DNA from: Squalus acanthias
Lineage: Eukaryota
Reading direction: 5' to 3'
Assembly (NCBI GenBank): GCA_030390025.1
Contig: CM059432.1
Location: forward strand, 102,302,001 to 102,366,000
DNA length: 64,000 bases
Shown here: positions 49,315 through 62,611 of the stretch, piece by piece
Numbering within the stretch: the first letter of the stretch is position 1
Layout: each line of letters starts with the position of its first letter
The notes under the pieces: generated by a model
What the model was told of the DNA's origin: nothing
Seen by the model: only the letters and a program-made list of their open reading frames with translations
Database searches by the model: none
Program-made: the position numbers and the translations under genes

Positions 49315-50282
49315 GGGCTGAATTTTGCCGGCGCTCAGGGGGTGGTTTGGAGGCGGGTCCACTGTCAAAATCCAAATGATTGGCAGAGGGTCAGTATCCT
49401 GCTCTAAACCCGCCTCCTTGTGAGTTTCCCTAGTGCCAGTTCTGCCAGCACTTTGCAGACATGGCACTAAACAGCGGGTCATGCAATTGTGCATGTTAGG
49501 AGGGTGTTTAAAGTCATTAACTCACCATTTTACCAGTTACAAAGCATTTTGCCAAGTTTTCCTCAAGGTTGCAATCGCTCGGGGATCATGCCAGGTAAGT
49601 ATGTCGGGTTCTGAACAACTCCCCATTTGTTTCATTAGCTGGTCACAGCTGCAAAGGTGGTATAAAAGCTATCATTTTACAGCTGGTCACTTTCCAATCT
49701 CAGAAGCTTCAGCCTTCAGTATTTGGAACCCGCTTTTGAGCTTTATGCACTTTTGAAGTGTTTGGAGTAATCTCTCTATCGACTGTCACCACCTTGGAAC
49801 AACCTATCTCAACATTAACAGATTAATTCTGTCACCTGCCATCTATTCCATCAGCATCAGTGCCCTTGGAAAAATCTCACCTTGGTCCTCAGAATCCCAA
49901 AACGATCAGCCCCAACACCAGCATCACCGGGCACACCAGCAGCAGCAACATCCACACCAACCTCCGCAATCAACTGATGCTGCACTGGACACAGGGCACA
50001 ATCAACCATGCACATTGCTGCCCGGAATGCCAGGGACGGACTTACCATGTCCAGATTAGCTTCACTTGACGCTGTACACCCTGTGCACATGATGCACCAG
50101 GTTGGCACCACCCCACACCAGCACCATAAAGCATCCCTGCAATGCCCAAGCCATTCCGTTCACACTCATCACCATTGGGGGGAGGGGAAGGGACGTTATA
50201 TCTTACCATTCACTGCAACTCACGAAGCCACTTTCAAAGGTGCACACAAATCTGTCCAAGATCGCAAAGTGTTGAAAATAAA
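49315..50282. mobile_element. Left part of the Myb-bearing Harbinger derivative family (truncated)
   Basis: GGGCTGAATTTTGCC start; 49700-50280 closely matches 8680-9255 and 59240-59830. Confidence 0.8.
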
Positions 50283-50843
50283 GGCCCATATTTTCCAATC
50301 CCTACGGGTGTGTACGAGGTGTGTACACACCCGTAGGGACCTCGCAAAGTGCCGGTTCCAGATTGCACGCCTGCCCTGGAGAAGGGCCTCTGTGGGTGGA
50401 GAGTTCTGCTTTCTGCAGAACCTCCGCCCACTGAAAACCTTTAAAAATCTTACGCCTGGTAAATAATATTTTTCACTCATTTATAATTTAAAATACTTTT
50501 AAGAAAGGTAAGTTTATTTTTAGCTCCATAAAAAACTTTAATTTTTTTTCAAAAAATTAAATTTTTGTTTAAAATATTTAATTTAATGTAATTTTAACTA
50601 ATTTTAAATACGTGATTTTTAAAAATTTATTTAATGTTTTGATGTGTTTTTTGAGTGATCCCCATTCATACTTTTGACGGGTCTAAGCTGAGAGACCTAT
50701 CAAATGTATGAAGGGGGATTCCCTTCTTTCATTGGTTCCCCAAGGCCCACGTGATCCCAGGGACGCTTGCGAACCGCGTGCGCCCCTGGGATACCTGGGC
50801 CCTGTGCATTTCGTAGAGCAGAGGCCCAGGAGCGGAAATAGCC
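50283..50843. mobile_element. Family A MITE, inverted, one end missing
   Basis: Reverse complement of 20800-21421 including the TIR GGCCCATATTTTCCAATC. Confidence 0.85.
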
Positions 50844-50879
50844 GTACCGGTATGACAGGACTTCATCGATCTCATTGGT

Positions 50880-51360
50880 GCCATTAGGTCTGCTTTCCTT
50901 CAAATCAGTAGCAATGCAGAGGGGATTTAAATGAAACTGGTTTGCTCCTACAAACACTACATCTGTGACTTGGTTATTGCATCTGTGCACAGCTGATTGG
51001 TTGATGTTAGTGATACCCTCGTGGAAGCTTGGAATGACCCCACAGCATAACAACACAGGGCAGTTCTAACCTTTACAGCCACTGACAGTGTGGTGCCCGC
51101 GATAGGGAAGGTTGTAGTTTGGGTCGCAGAATCTGATATATCTGATTGATGGCTTCCTTTATGAAGTATAACCTCTTCAAAACTAGGCAACTGGAGGAAG
51201 GAGCATCTTGATCTCTCTATTCTGGTGTGGAAGTACCAGTGGGTGGTGGCCGTTCAGTTCCTGTACTGTCTGACCAGCCTGGCCTCCATCCATTCCTCCT
51301 CCCCTTCCTCCACAACACCAAGGTACAGGGGAATTCCCACTGGGAAGTCCATTGTGTTTT
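50880..51360 (-). pseudogene. Decayed Harbinger transposase N-terminal fragment
   Basis: TTLSVAVKVRTALCCYAVGSFQAS and NINQSAVHRCNNQVTD parallel the HTH region of the 54165-54853 transposase. Confidence 0.7.
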
Positions 51361-52245
51361 CTCTAGAATTGGACGAGAGAGAGAAATGACAGCCCCACAG
51401 CAAAGGACACAAAGCTAGATGATTAAGTGGTATCAGGAACAAGAAATCAAAAACAAAAAATCATCACTAAAATCTTCTGAGAATCTTTTCAAAGTGCCCA
51501 CTGGGCTTTTCAAATCCACTTCTGCCTTTTCTCTGGCACATATCAATGCTGGACAGCTATGTTATTTATGCATAATTAGGATTGAGCAAAATTGAGACGG
51601 AAATGATGGGAAATAGAATGTTTGATGTCACCAAATCATTACCAACTCATTTAAATACACCTGCTCATTTTAGGCTGCTTCTGCTGTTCACCAGAAATGA
51701 CAGCTAATAATTGGGCAGACACGAAAGTGGGTATGAATCTGGCATAATGGATCACCATTCACAAAACTGCCCAGCCAACTATCAAGCAACATTCAAAGAA
51801 GGTTCCAGGATAATGTCGCTGAAGCCTGTGCAACTATCTTCATCTTACTCATTCACATCTGTTATATTGGGCTAGAAACTCATTATAGCCCAGGAATGGG
51901 CGGTATCATTAGAAAAGTTGGAGATTTAGCACCAGGCACTAATGCTTTAGACTGCACACAAAATTCGGTGCTCGCTGCTCAAAGAAATGATTGGAGCACT
52001 AATTCAAGTCTTAAAGCTCAAGCTTATTGGCGTTACACTCAAAGGGTCAACCAATATCAGGTGCAGTCCAATCGCAAGTCATGATTGCCACAGGCTTTTT
52101 TCAGTTCTTAAAGGGGAGGTTTGTTGATGCTGCAGAACCTCATTCTCAGCATTGCTGGCTGTGCAGCTGCCTCAGCAAGCAGCAGCAGGTGAAGGAGAAG
52201 GAGCTGGAGGACTGAAGCAGCTGTACTCATGGTAGACCATGCCCC

Positions 52246-54086
52246 AGGGAGAGAGCCCGCAGATTCAGCGATCAAGCATTGGAGGCGTTGGTGTTCACTG
52301 TGGAGAGATGGAGGGCAGTGCTCTACCCGGCAAGTGGCAGCAGGCCCTCACCACAAGTCTTCCGTGCCATGTGGAGGGAGGTAGTGCAGCAGGTCTCGGG
52401 CAGCACTGTGGTCCCCAGGACCCACACACAGTGCAGGGAGAAATTTAATGACCTCACTTGGGTGGTCAGGGTGAGTCAATGCTTCAACAAATGATACATA
52501 CCACCATCTGAACCACAGTCTTCAGACACTGCCCAAAGCACCACACTTCTTCTTCTTAGGCAGTCCCTCGGAACCGAGGATGACTTGCTTCCACGTTAAA
52601 AATGAGTTCTCAGGTGACTGATGAGTCCAATGCGGGACCTACAGTCTCTGTCACAGGTGGGGCGGACGGTGGTTGAAGGGGCGGGTGGGTGGGGTTCTTG
52701 GGTTGACGTGCGCTTCTTCCGCTGTTTGCGCTTGGCTTCCGCTTGTTCCCGGCGAAGAGACTCGAGGTGTTCGGTGCCTTCCCGGATGCTTCTCCTCCAC
52801 TTTGTGCGGTCTTGGGCCAGGGATTCTCAGGTGTCAGTGGGGATGTTGCACTTTTTCAAGGAGGCTTTGAGGGTGTCCTTGAAGCATTTCCTCTGCAAAC
52901 CTGGGGCTCTCTTGCCGTGTCGGAGCTCCGAGTGTTGGGAGTCTCGTATCGGGCATACGGATGATGTGACCCATCCATCGGAGCTGATCGAGCATGGTCA
53001 AAGCTTCGATGCTGGGGATGTTGGCCTGAGCGAGAACCCCAGCACTCACCCACCAAAATCTCTACCTACCAACACGCACATCCACATCTCACACCTTGCA
53101 CACGATGACAGCTACTCAACTATGGCAGGCACATCACCCATTGCTCCACACTCACTCACACACTTTCCTTTCTCTTGCAGGCCAAGGTGGCTCACAACAG
53201 GAGGGAGCAGGAGTGCACAGGCAGGGGACAAGCCGACACCCAACCACTGTCTGCGCTGGAAAATAGAGTGCTGCAGATTACTGGGCGCCAGGTGGTGGGC
53301 ACCGTGGCCACCGGCGATGTTGACCCCCTTGGGGACTACAACGGTATGTTCATCCCTACTCCTTCTGACATCCCACTTCCCCCTCACCCCACAAGTGTTT
53401 CGCACCTTCCACCTAATCATGCTGTATGCATGCATTTCTCCCTTCCTGTCCCCCTCCCCTCACCTTAACCCGACTCTTGTGCCTTTATGCTTTCAGATAA
53501 TGAACAAACACCTGAGCAGCCTGTCCCTGAGGGCACCGTTGAGAGCGAGGTGGGAGAAGAGGAGGAGGAAGAACACACTGTGTCACTGCATGTCTCACCC
53601 GCAGACACCACCTCAGATACTGGCACTACGTGTTCTTTAGAGGCTAGTATAGTAGCGGGATCTGCACAGGGTGAGGCACCAAGAATGAGTGGGCTGCAGC
53701 AAGGCCAGAGGGAAAGGGTAGCTCAGGGGCCAGCTCCCCGGAGGGCGAGTTCGCGCACGAGTTCTGCTGCACAGGACTCAGATGAGAACCTCGATGGGGC
53801 GGCCTTTAGAAGAAGGGTGATGGGCATGCACACAGAGATGATAGGTGCAATGGCAAGGGTGCCTGAGAGCCTCTCAGCAATGATAAGGAGCGTGGAGGAG
53901 TCCACCTGCAACATTGCAGAAGGCTCCGCGCACACCATGGAGCCCATCATTTCCAGTCTGCAAAGGATGGTAGACTCCCAGAGAGACTGTGGCGACCCAG
54001 ACCTGATGCCACGTGTGATGGGCGATCTGGCAGCTTCCATTGCAGCACAGGCAGAAGTGACGCAACGTAATGCAGCCTATGCTTAG
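52246..54086 (+). CDS. Harbinger Myb/SANT-like DNA-binding protein, 3 exons (52246-52470, 53181-53343, 53497-54086); start codon frameshifted
   Basis: RFSDQALEALV...MWREV...RTHTQCREKFNDL; AGG|gtgagt, ttgcag|GCC, G|gtatgt, ttcag|AT give phase-compatible open exons. Confidence 0.75.
52547..53046 (-). mobile_element. RTE-clade LINE 3' fragment in Myb intron 1
   Basis: VLAQANIPSIEAL...QLRWMGHIIRMPDTRLP is an RTE C-terminal signature; (AAG)n tail. Confidence 0.85.
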
Positions 54087-54164
54087 TGGCACCCAATCTC
54101 AGACTGCTCTCATGCAATCTCAACTTGATGCCACGCAAGCTCTGACTGCTGCCATCATGGCACT

Positions 54165-54853
54165 GGATAAAGGCATTGTGCCTGCTGCAGGATAGCGGGC
54201 ATTGACATTGAGGGTTAGCTGTCTCTGTTCGCACACCAACTGCGACATTAAGTGAGTGGTAGCCTTTCCAGTTACGGAAGATCTCAGGATTGTTATGTGG
54301 TGCTCGCAAAGCCAAGTGGGTGCAGTCAATGGTGCCCTGCACCATGGGGAATCCCGCTATCCTGGCAAAGCCACATGCATGCTCAGTCTGCTTCTCTCTG
54401 GTGATGGGGAAGGAAATGTAGTCCTTTCTCCTACTGTAGAGACCCCTAGTGACCTCCCGGATGCCGCGATGGACAGTGAACTGCGAAATGTTAGCTATGT
54501 CTCCTGTAGCAGACTGGAAGGATCGCTGGCGAAGAATTTGAGGGCGACAGTGACCTTGACTGCCACTGAGAGAGCCGTGGTCACCCTGATCTGAGGATCG
54601 AGGTCTGGTTGCAGGAGGTGGCAGAGTTCTGTGACCACCTCCTTGTTGAAGCGGAGCCTTCAATACATTGCTCCTCACTTAATTGGAGGTAGGAGACGTG
54701 CTCTTGGAATACCCTCGGTGGGTAAGTCTTCCTGTTGAGAGCCCTGATGGCCCTCCTCCTCCCCCTGGCCACATGTTCCAGTCTTTCTCGCTGCCTCCAT
54801 TCCCTCCACCTTAGATCCTGGAGGGCGAGGTCGACTGTCAGTACAGCCCCCAT
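54165..54853 (-). pseudogene. Harbinger (HARBI1-like DDE) transposase, frameshifted and C-terminally deleted
   Basis: YLQLSEEQC, SFQSATGD, GFPMVQGTIDCTH, FRNWKGYHSLN, VNARYP..HNAFI. Confidence 0.9.
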
Positions 54854-56009
54854 TAATGTAATCAAATGTAGCAGTTTCATTTTTTAAAGAAAAAATGTAG
54901 CTACTTTTTAGTTGCTACGACACTCCTGATACTAAATAATGTTGAAATTATGGAATGAGACTGTTGCACTATGTGAAACTGACAAGAAAGCACTAAAACT
55001 CCACTAACCTATAGCTGCGACTCATTACTGATGATCCCTTTAAATAATGTCCCTGGCACTGGCTTCCTGTTGCTTCACATCAGCTGTTTCCTCCGGGCGC
55101 TAAAGCAGGGGCGACAATCAATTTCGCAGATCGAGTGGTCAATGAGCATTGCACACTCACTGATGTCACGATCCACCTGACGTTGAGGCTCCCGGCGATA
55201 ACTGTTAGCCGCGGCGCTGCGGGGGGTGTGCAGGATTTGGCGTGCGCCGTTGGATTCGCCTCGCCCCGGCGCTAATGCTCTAGCGCCCCATTAGTGCCAT
55301 CTGCTGGCACTAATGGGAGGTGCTAAGATACCAAATTTTTCCCCATTGTTTTTAGTCACAAAAAGGTGAATTTTTATGCTTACGGTGCAACATGTCAGTG
55401 TTGGACAATGGAATATTTTCCCACTTTTGGCACCAAAGTCAGCATGAAACAGTCACCATATAACTCAGGCCAGATGCAAAATAAAGCTCTCTCAGCTTTA
55501 CTCCAAAAACGTGCCTTAATTATAACCTTAGAAGAGCACTCCCAATTGCACCAATGCAAATGTTTCCACTTCCCACATCAAGCTTCTGTGAGTGGGATTG
55601 CCTATTTATTTTGCCTATCAATTTATAAGTTATTTTGCACCATGTACTTGAGCACACTGGGAGCTGGATTAAAAATAATCAAACACATGTAGGACCCTTT
55701 CAGTAACCAAAGAGAGGAAAGCATCGCAAAGGTGAAATAACAATGCGGTTTACCGACCACCTTGGGGCAAATTATCATTTTTCATTGCACGTCCGAGGGC
55801 ATATCAGGAATTCGGACATGTGGCGGAATCCCTGATAAGTGTTTGTAGAGAGCAAAGCTCTGTCTGCACTAGGTGCATTGAAGATGAAAATGTATCCCCT
55901 TGTCCCTAGCAATTGTTAGTTTATATTATAAAAACAATGTAGCAAATTATTTTACTCAAAAAAGGCAGTTGATTTGCATAGTATAATTAGCTCTCCTGTG
56001 ATGTTGAGT

Positions 56010-57855
56010 GAAAGCAGTGTTCCACAAGAATCAGTGCTGGGACAACTGCTATTCATAATTTACATTAATGATTTGGACTTAGGAACAGGTAACTCAATAT
56101 CAAATTTACAGATGATACCAAACTGGATAGTACACTTAACAGTATAGCTAACACTGAGGAAGAATGCAACAGAATACAAAAGATATTAGGAAACTTGCAG
56201 ACTGGGCAGTTAAGTGGCAAATGAACTTTAACATAGATAAATGTGAGGTAATGCACTTTTGGGAGGAAAAATAGAAACATCACCTACGCCTTAGAAAATA
56301 AGAAAGTGAATGGTGTAGAAGAGCAAAGGGATCTAGGGATACAGGTGAACCAATCATTAAAAGCAGTATCGCAGGTCAGCAAAGTAATTAAAAATGCTAA
56401 CAAAGCACTGGGATTTATTTCTAGGAGTATAGAATTCAAAAGTAGTGAAGTTATGTTAAACTTGTATAGGACCCTGGTCAGGCTGCACTTAGAGTACTGT
56501 GCACAGTTCTGCTCTCCATACTACAAAAAGGACATAGAAGCACTGGAGAAAGTGTAAAAACAAGATTTACAAGGATGGTACTAGAACTGAGAGATTATAG
56601 CTATCGGGAAAGATTCAACAGGTTGAGGCTTTTTTCTTTAGAAAAGAGAAGGCTTAGAAGGTGACCTGATACAGGTTTTTAAAATTATGAATGGGTTGGA
56701 CAGGGTAGATGTGGAGAGAATGGACTGGATTTTGTCAGCCCCGAGGAAGCGGGTATGGAAGCAGGACTGCCGGTAAAGTTGCAGAATGTGGGGCGGCTGG
56801 CAAACCCGCCCCATCCCGTCTCCGTGCCCTTTTGCCAGGTGGCGGGAAGCCGTCCTGCCCCAGGTCCCATCTCCTCGAGGCAGGAAAAGGATTACATTCT
56901 TTTAACTGCCTGTTAACAGGTAGTTAATAGGCAGAAAATAGGATTAGTCCCATTTTACCTTTCCAAGTGCAGGCTTCCTGACCTCGGGGAACCCCGCCAG
57001 GGTGTAGGAGGTGAGCAGGAGGTCTGCGGGGGTAGGAGGGGTCTGAAAGTGAGATGTAGAGGTGAGTGATGGGTGCAAGTGTGGAGTGGTAAGTATGTAA
57101 GGTGAGTGTAAAGTGTTATAAAATGTTCACTTACCTTTGTTTCTGCCTACAGCCTTCAGCCGCTGTGGATCCAGAGTGCTGACATCTTCATTGTAGATTT
57201 CACAGACTGGCTGTTGGATCCTCTGAACCAACAGCCAGGTGATTTCTGCAAAGTTGAAAGGTTTGATGAGTCCTGAACACAAGGACTCATCAAACTACAC
57301 AGAATGTAAGTGTTTGACAGCTTCACAGAGCTGTCAAACACTGACATTTCTTCTTTCAAGAAATCTTGACAGATGGCACGTCAGACGTTGACATGCTCTG
57401 TCAGTGACTTCCCCCTAATTGGCCTGCTGAGCCCGTTAGCCAGAAGCTGATGGAGGCGGGATTGAAAGCTGGCAAGCAGTCCCGCCTCCAAAAGCTTCCC
57501 ATTGACAAAATCCAGCCCGATGTTTCTACTTGTGGGAGAATCCAAAACTAGGGGACATAAATACAAGATAGTTACTAATAAATCCAATAGAAAAATAAGG
57601 AGAAATGTCTTTACTTAGAATGTGGTTAGAATGTGGAACTCACTACCACAGAAAGTGATCGAGGCAAATAGCTTAAATGCTTTCAAAAGGAAACTAGACA
57701 AGTACATGAGAGAAAAGGGAATAGAAAGATATGCTGAAAGGTTGAGATAAGGAACAGGGAATGGGAGGGGACTCGTGTGGAGTATAAACACCAGCACAGA
57801 CTAGTTGGGCCGAATGGCCTGTTTCTGTGCTGTATATTCTATGTAATTCTATGTA
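56010..57855 (+). mobile_element. CR1 LINE 3' part interrupted by a family C MITE
   Basis: EQRDLGI...LYRTLVRLHLEYC; resumes at 57519; ATTCTATGTA tail. Confidence 0.88.
56722..57518. mobile_element. Harbinger-type MITE, family C copy 3 (inverted)
   Basis: TIR GGACTGGATTTTGTC / GACAAAATCCAGCCC, flanks AAT/GAT, splits the CR1 GAGAATGTTT site. Confidence 0.88.
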
Positions 57856-58882
57856 ACACTGTCTTATCTTTGAGACGTGGGTTCAAATCCAACACAGGCT
57901 ATTAAAATGAGTCTCCACTGTCCTCTAGCTGTCAGGGCCTTATGTGAAAAAAATTCCTACTATGAGTTTATAACACAACACTATCATTCAAAACTGGCAT
58001 TAATTTGTATTAGATTGGCAAGCTATGGAAAAGACCACATGGATGGCTCGTGTGGAAAATATAAAGACACATACTAAAGCAGTAGAAAGTGCTGTTCTGA
58101 GTTTTGGGAGTGTTGGAGCACAGCTTTACCTGACCTTGGAATATCAAATACTGACCCTAGGCGCCCAAAATAGAAAAAAAGGATCCACTTTCTAGGAGTG
58201 CTGTCCTTCACCACAATGAGTATAGAACAAAAAAATATAAAAGACACTAAAAGGAAAGTGCTATTCCTTTTTCAAGTCACATAATACAATAATCAGGATG
58301 TCATGTGATGTTTGACTCCATTAGACAGAGTGATGGATTGGTGAAATGATATGACTCTTACTTAATGCTGAGGCTCATGAAACCAAGCAGTTAGGTTTAG
58401 ACCCTTTCGGCATTAAATATGAATAATATTTGACATCTCTCAAACACACTACAGGACTGCTATCAGTTCTATGTTTGAATGCATGATCTCCTGAGTTGTA
58501 TAATATTCCTCCTAGCTGTACCTCAATGCATGTCAACTGCAATTTGTGAAATCCAGTAAGGTTTACCTTTAATATATAAATGTATATACAAGAATACAAA
58601 TTCCAATCAATAAATGTCCGTGTTAAAATCTTTAATGCACTCCTACTTTTTGTGTTATGCAACCATTAAGCCATTTAAAGTAAACAGGTTGAAGTATGTG
58701 TAAAGATAAGCACATAGGTGAGCCTTTGCGCACAGCGTTTGATGATATGAATTTCTACCCTATAGTATACAAATGTTATTGATCTATTCATTTTGCTTAG
58801 CTGCACAACTTAGTGTTGTGCAGTTTTTCTACCAATGAAGAATTTATGGTTTCCTCCATCTAATTTATACTAGCCATTCTCT

Positions 58883-61800
58883 GGCCAGAACTTTACCGGC
58901 GCTGCGAGGACGGGATCAGAGGCGGGTCAGCTGTGAAATTTGAAATGATTGACAGCGGGTCAGGACCCGCTAGTCTCGCAGGTGTCGGGTCTGTCAGTGC
59001 TGAACAGACCGGACACAAAGTGACAGGGGAGGCGAGTTAGATCATTAGCTGGATTGTTAAGAGGCAATTAAGTCTTTTTGTAAGCTTATCTTTAGATTTG
59101 TAGAGTTCGCCAATGGCTTCTCCACTCCTCGCGGTCACATCAGGTAAGGGTGTTGTGTCAGCATGGGATGATTTACTAACTTGACAGCTGCAAATGGACT
59201 ATAAAGCTCCCATTTTATAGGTCTCCACTTTCCAAGGATAGAAGCTGTTACTTACTGCATTTGGAACCGAGATTGAGCTTTGTGCAGATTGCAAGTGTTT
59301 GGAGCAAACTCTCTATCCAGTGTCACCTCATTGGAACAACCTCTCTCACCATTGACAGATCGTTTCTGTCATCTCAACTTCACCTGCCATCTATTCCATC
59401 AGCATCGGTGCCCTTGAAAAAATCTCACCTTGGTCCTCAGAATCCCACCACAATCAGCTCCAACACCAGCATCACCGGGAACACCAGCAGCACCAACAAC
59501 AACACCAACCTTCTCCGCAATCAACTGATGCTGCACAGGACACAGGGCATCAGCACCCGACCACATTGCTGCCTGGGACGCCAGGGATGGCCTCACCATA
59601 GCCAGATTTACTTCACTTGATGCTCCACACCCTGGCTGCCACATGATGCGCCAGGTTGGTGCTACGTCACACCAACACCATAAAGCACCCCTACAATGCC
59701 CAAGCCATTCCTTTCACACTCATCACCATTGCAGGGGGGTACTGTTATGTCTCACCACTCACTGCAACTCACTAAACCACTTCCAAAGGTGCACACAAAT
59801 CTGTTGAAGAATGCAAAGTGTTGAAAATAAAGATTTCAATGTTTGACAGCACATTAACAGAAACTTCACATGAACATTGGCTAAAACACCCAAGTGCCAA
59901 CCCTTGTGTGTTGTTAGTTGGTACGTTTACACGAGGATGAGGATGAGTGTGAGGTGTGGCTAGTGAGATGGGGAAGTGATAATGTAGATAGACAGGGATG
60001 GGTGGAGGTGCAAGATAAGTTGGTGTGAGTAAAGATGTGCAGGAGTAGGGTAGGGAAGGCAGAGTGATGGGGAGGTGATGAGTGGCACAGCAGGATGAGG
60101 TTGAGTGTGGCTTGGCAGTAATGTTAGAAGCATAGAAGCATAGAAGATAGGAGCAGGAGTAGGCCATTCGGCCCCTCGAGCCTGCTCCGCCATTTAATGA
60201 GATCATGGCTGATCATCCAAATTCAGTACCCTGTCCCTGCTTTCTCCCCATATCCCTTGATCCCTTTAACCTTAAGAAATATATCTATCTCCTTCTTGAA
60301 TATATTTAATGAATTGGCCTCAACTGCCTTCTGTGGTAGAGAATTCCACAGGTTCACCACTCTCTGGGTGAAGAAATTCCTCCTCATCTCAGTCCTAAAT
60401 GGTTTACCCCTTATCCTTAGACTGTGACCTCTGGTTCTGGACTCCCCCGCCATTGGGAACATCCTTCCTGCATCTAGTCTCTCTACTCCTGTTAGAATTT
60501 TATAAGTTTCAATGAGATCCCCTCTCATTCTTCGAAACTCTAGCGAATATAAGCCTAATCGACCCAATCTCTCTTCATACGTCATTCCTGCCATCCCAGG
60601 TATCAGTCTGGTAAATCTTTGCTGCACTCCCTCCATGGCAAGAACATCCTTCCTCAGATAAGGCGACCAAAACTGCACACAATACTCAAGGTGTGGTCTC
60701 ACCAAGGCCTTGTACAACTGCAGCAAGACATCCTTGCTCCTGTACTCGAATCCTCTCGCTATGAAGGCCAACATACCATTTGCCTTCTTAACCACCTGCT
60801 GCACCTGCATGCTTACCTTCAGCGACTGGTGCACAAGGACTCCCAGATCTCGTTGCACTTCCCCTTTTCCCAATCTATTGCCGTTCAGATAATAATCTGT
60901 CTTCCTGTTTTTGCCACCAAAGTGGATAACCTCGCATTTATCCACATTATACTGCATCTGTCATGCATCTGCCCAATCACCCAACCTGTCCAAATCATAC
61001 TGGAGTTTCTCTGCATCCTCCTCACAGCACACATGCCCACCCAGCTTTGTGTCATCTGCAAACTTAAAGATATTACATCTAGTTCCCTCATCTAGATCAT
61101 TAATATATATTGTGAATAGCTGGGGTACTAGCACCGATCCCTGTGGTACCCCACTAGTCACTGCCTGACACTCGGAAAAAGACCCGTTTATTCCAACTCT
61201 TTGCTTCCTGTCTGTCAACCAGTTCTCTATCCAAATCAGTACCTCACCCCCAATCCCATGTGCTTTAACTTTGCACGCTAATCTCTTATGCGGGACCTTA
61301 TCGAAAGCCTTCTGAAAGTCCAAATACACCACATCCACTGTTTCTCCCTTATCTATTCTACCAGTTACATCCTCAAAAAATTCCAGTAGATTAGTCAGGC
61401 ATGATTTCCCTTTTGTAAATCCATGTTGACTTTGTCCGATCCTGTCACTGTTTTCCAAGTGCTCTGCTATTACATCTTTTATAATGGACTCTAGCATTTT
61501 GCCCACTACCGATATCAGGCTTTTTAAATAGTGGGGTTACATTCGCTACCCTCCAATCCATGGGAACTCTTCCAGAGTCTATAGAATTTTGAAAGATGAC
61601 CAGCAATGCACCTACTATTTCTAGGGCCTACTTCCTTAAGTACCCTAGGATGTAGATTATCAGGACCTGGGGATTTATCGGCCTTCAATCCCGTCAATTT
61701 CCCTAACACCATTTCCTACAAATACTGATTTCATTCAATTCCTCCCTCTCATTAGACCCTATGTTCCCCAACATCTCTGGGAGTTTATTTGTGTCCTCCT

Positions 61801-62604
61801 TTGTGAAGACAGAACTAAAGTATGTATTTAATTCATCAGCCATTTCTTTGTTGCCCATTATAAATTCCCCTGATTCTGACTGCAAGGGACCTACGCTTGA
61901 CTTCACCAATCTTTTTCTCTTCACATATCTATAGAAGCTTTTACAGTCAGTTTTTATGTTCCCTGCAAGCTTACTCTCATATTCTATTTCCCCCCTCTTA
62001 ATTAATCCCTTTGTTCTCCTTTGCTGAATCCTAAACTGCTCCCAATCCTCAGGTTTGCTGCTTTTTCTGGCCAATTTATATGTCCTCTCCTTGTTTCATG
62101 ATCCACTGAGATCATTGAAAGGTTTGCACTACTGCAGCCTGGTCCTCCTGACAACATCCCTGCTTGTGCCCTCCTGTGCAATGTGCAACCAGGCTGTGTT
62201 GGTGTCCTGGGGAGGTCTCTTCCGCCCATTGGAAGGGAAGAGAACCTCCCTGCGTGCTGTGACTCCCTCCATAAGCATATGGAGGGAGTCATGGGAGAGC
62301 CTGGGTGCAGCCGTGCACCACCTGTCAGTGTTTGCAGCACCTCGGTGCTGTAGAACACTGACAGCACAACTGTCAAAGTAGATTTGGACTTGGCCCCTTT
62401 AAGGAAACCGGCTGATGACACGTCATCAAATGACGTCATCAAACCCGCTTCCTTTTAATTGGCCAGGAACCTCGTTGGGCGGGCTTAACAAACCCAATCA
62501 TCATAAATTCACTTCAACAGAGCGGGATGGAGCGGGCAGCAGGCTGGGATCACACTACTGACCCTGGCTGCCCCTGACCCACCTCGGTAGGCGAAATCGC
62601 AGCC
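58883..62604. mobile_element. Myb-bearing non-autonomous Harbinger derivative interrupted by a CR1
   Basis: Ends GGCCAGAACTTT / GAAATCGCAGCC, flanks TCT/TAT; homologous to 4832-9952. Confidence 0.8.
60126..62091 (-). mobile_element. CR1 LINE, 5'-truncated ORF2
   Basis: ORFs 60223-60957 and 60961-61506 (QHGF, YLDFQKAFDKVPH, GVPQGSV, FADDTK); TGTT duplicated at the flanks. Confidence 0.95.
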
Positions 62605-62611
62605 TATGCTT

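Larger units (their letters stand above)
51869..55344. mobile_element. PIF/Harbinger transposon (internally deleted): convergent Myb/SANT gene and transposase
   Basis: Ends GGGCTAGAAACTC / CCAAATTTTTCCCC with ATT on both flanks; the two hallmark ORFs are on opposite strands. Confidence 0.85.

Noticed and set aside
52621..53640. 339-aa ORF
   Set aside because: It spans an antisense RTE fragment, introns and off-frame Myb exons, so it is a chance ORF.
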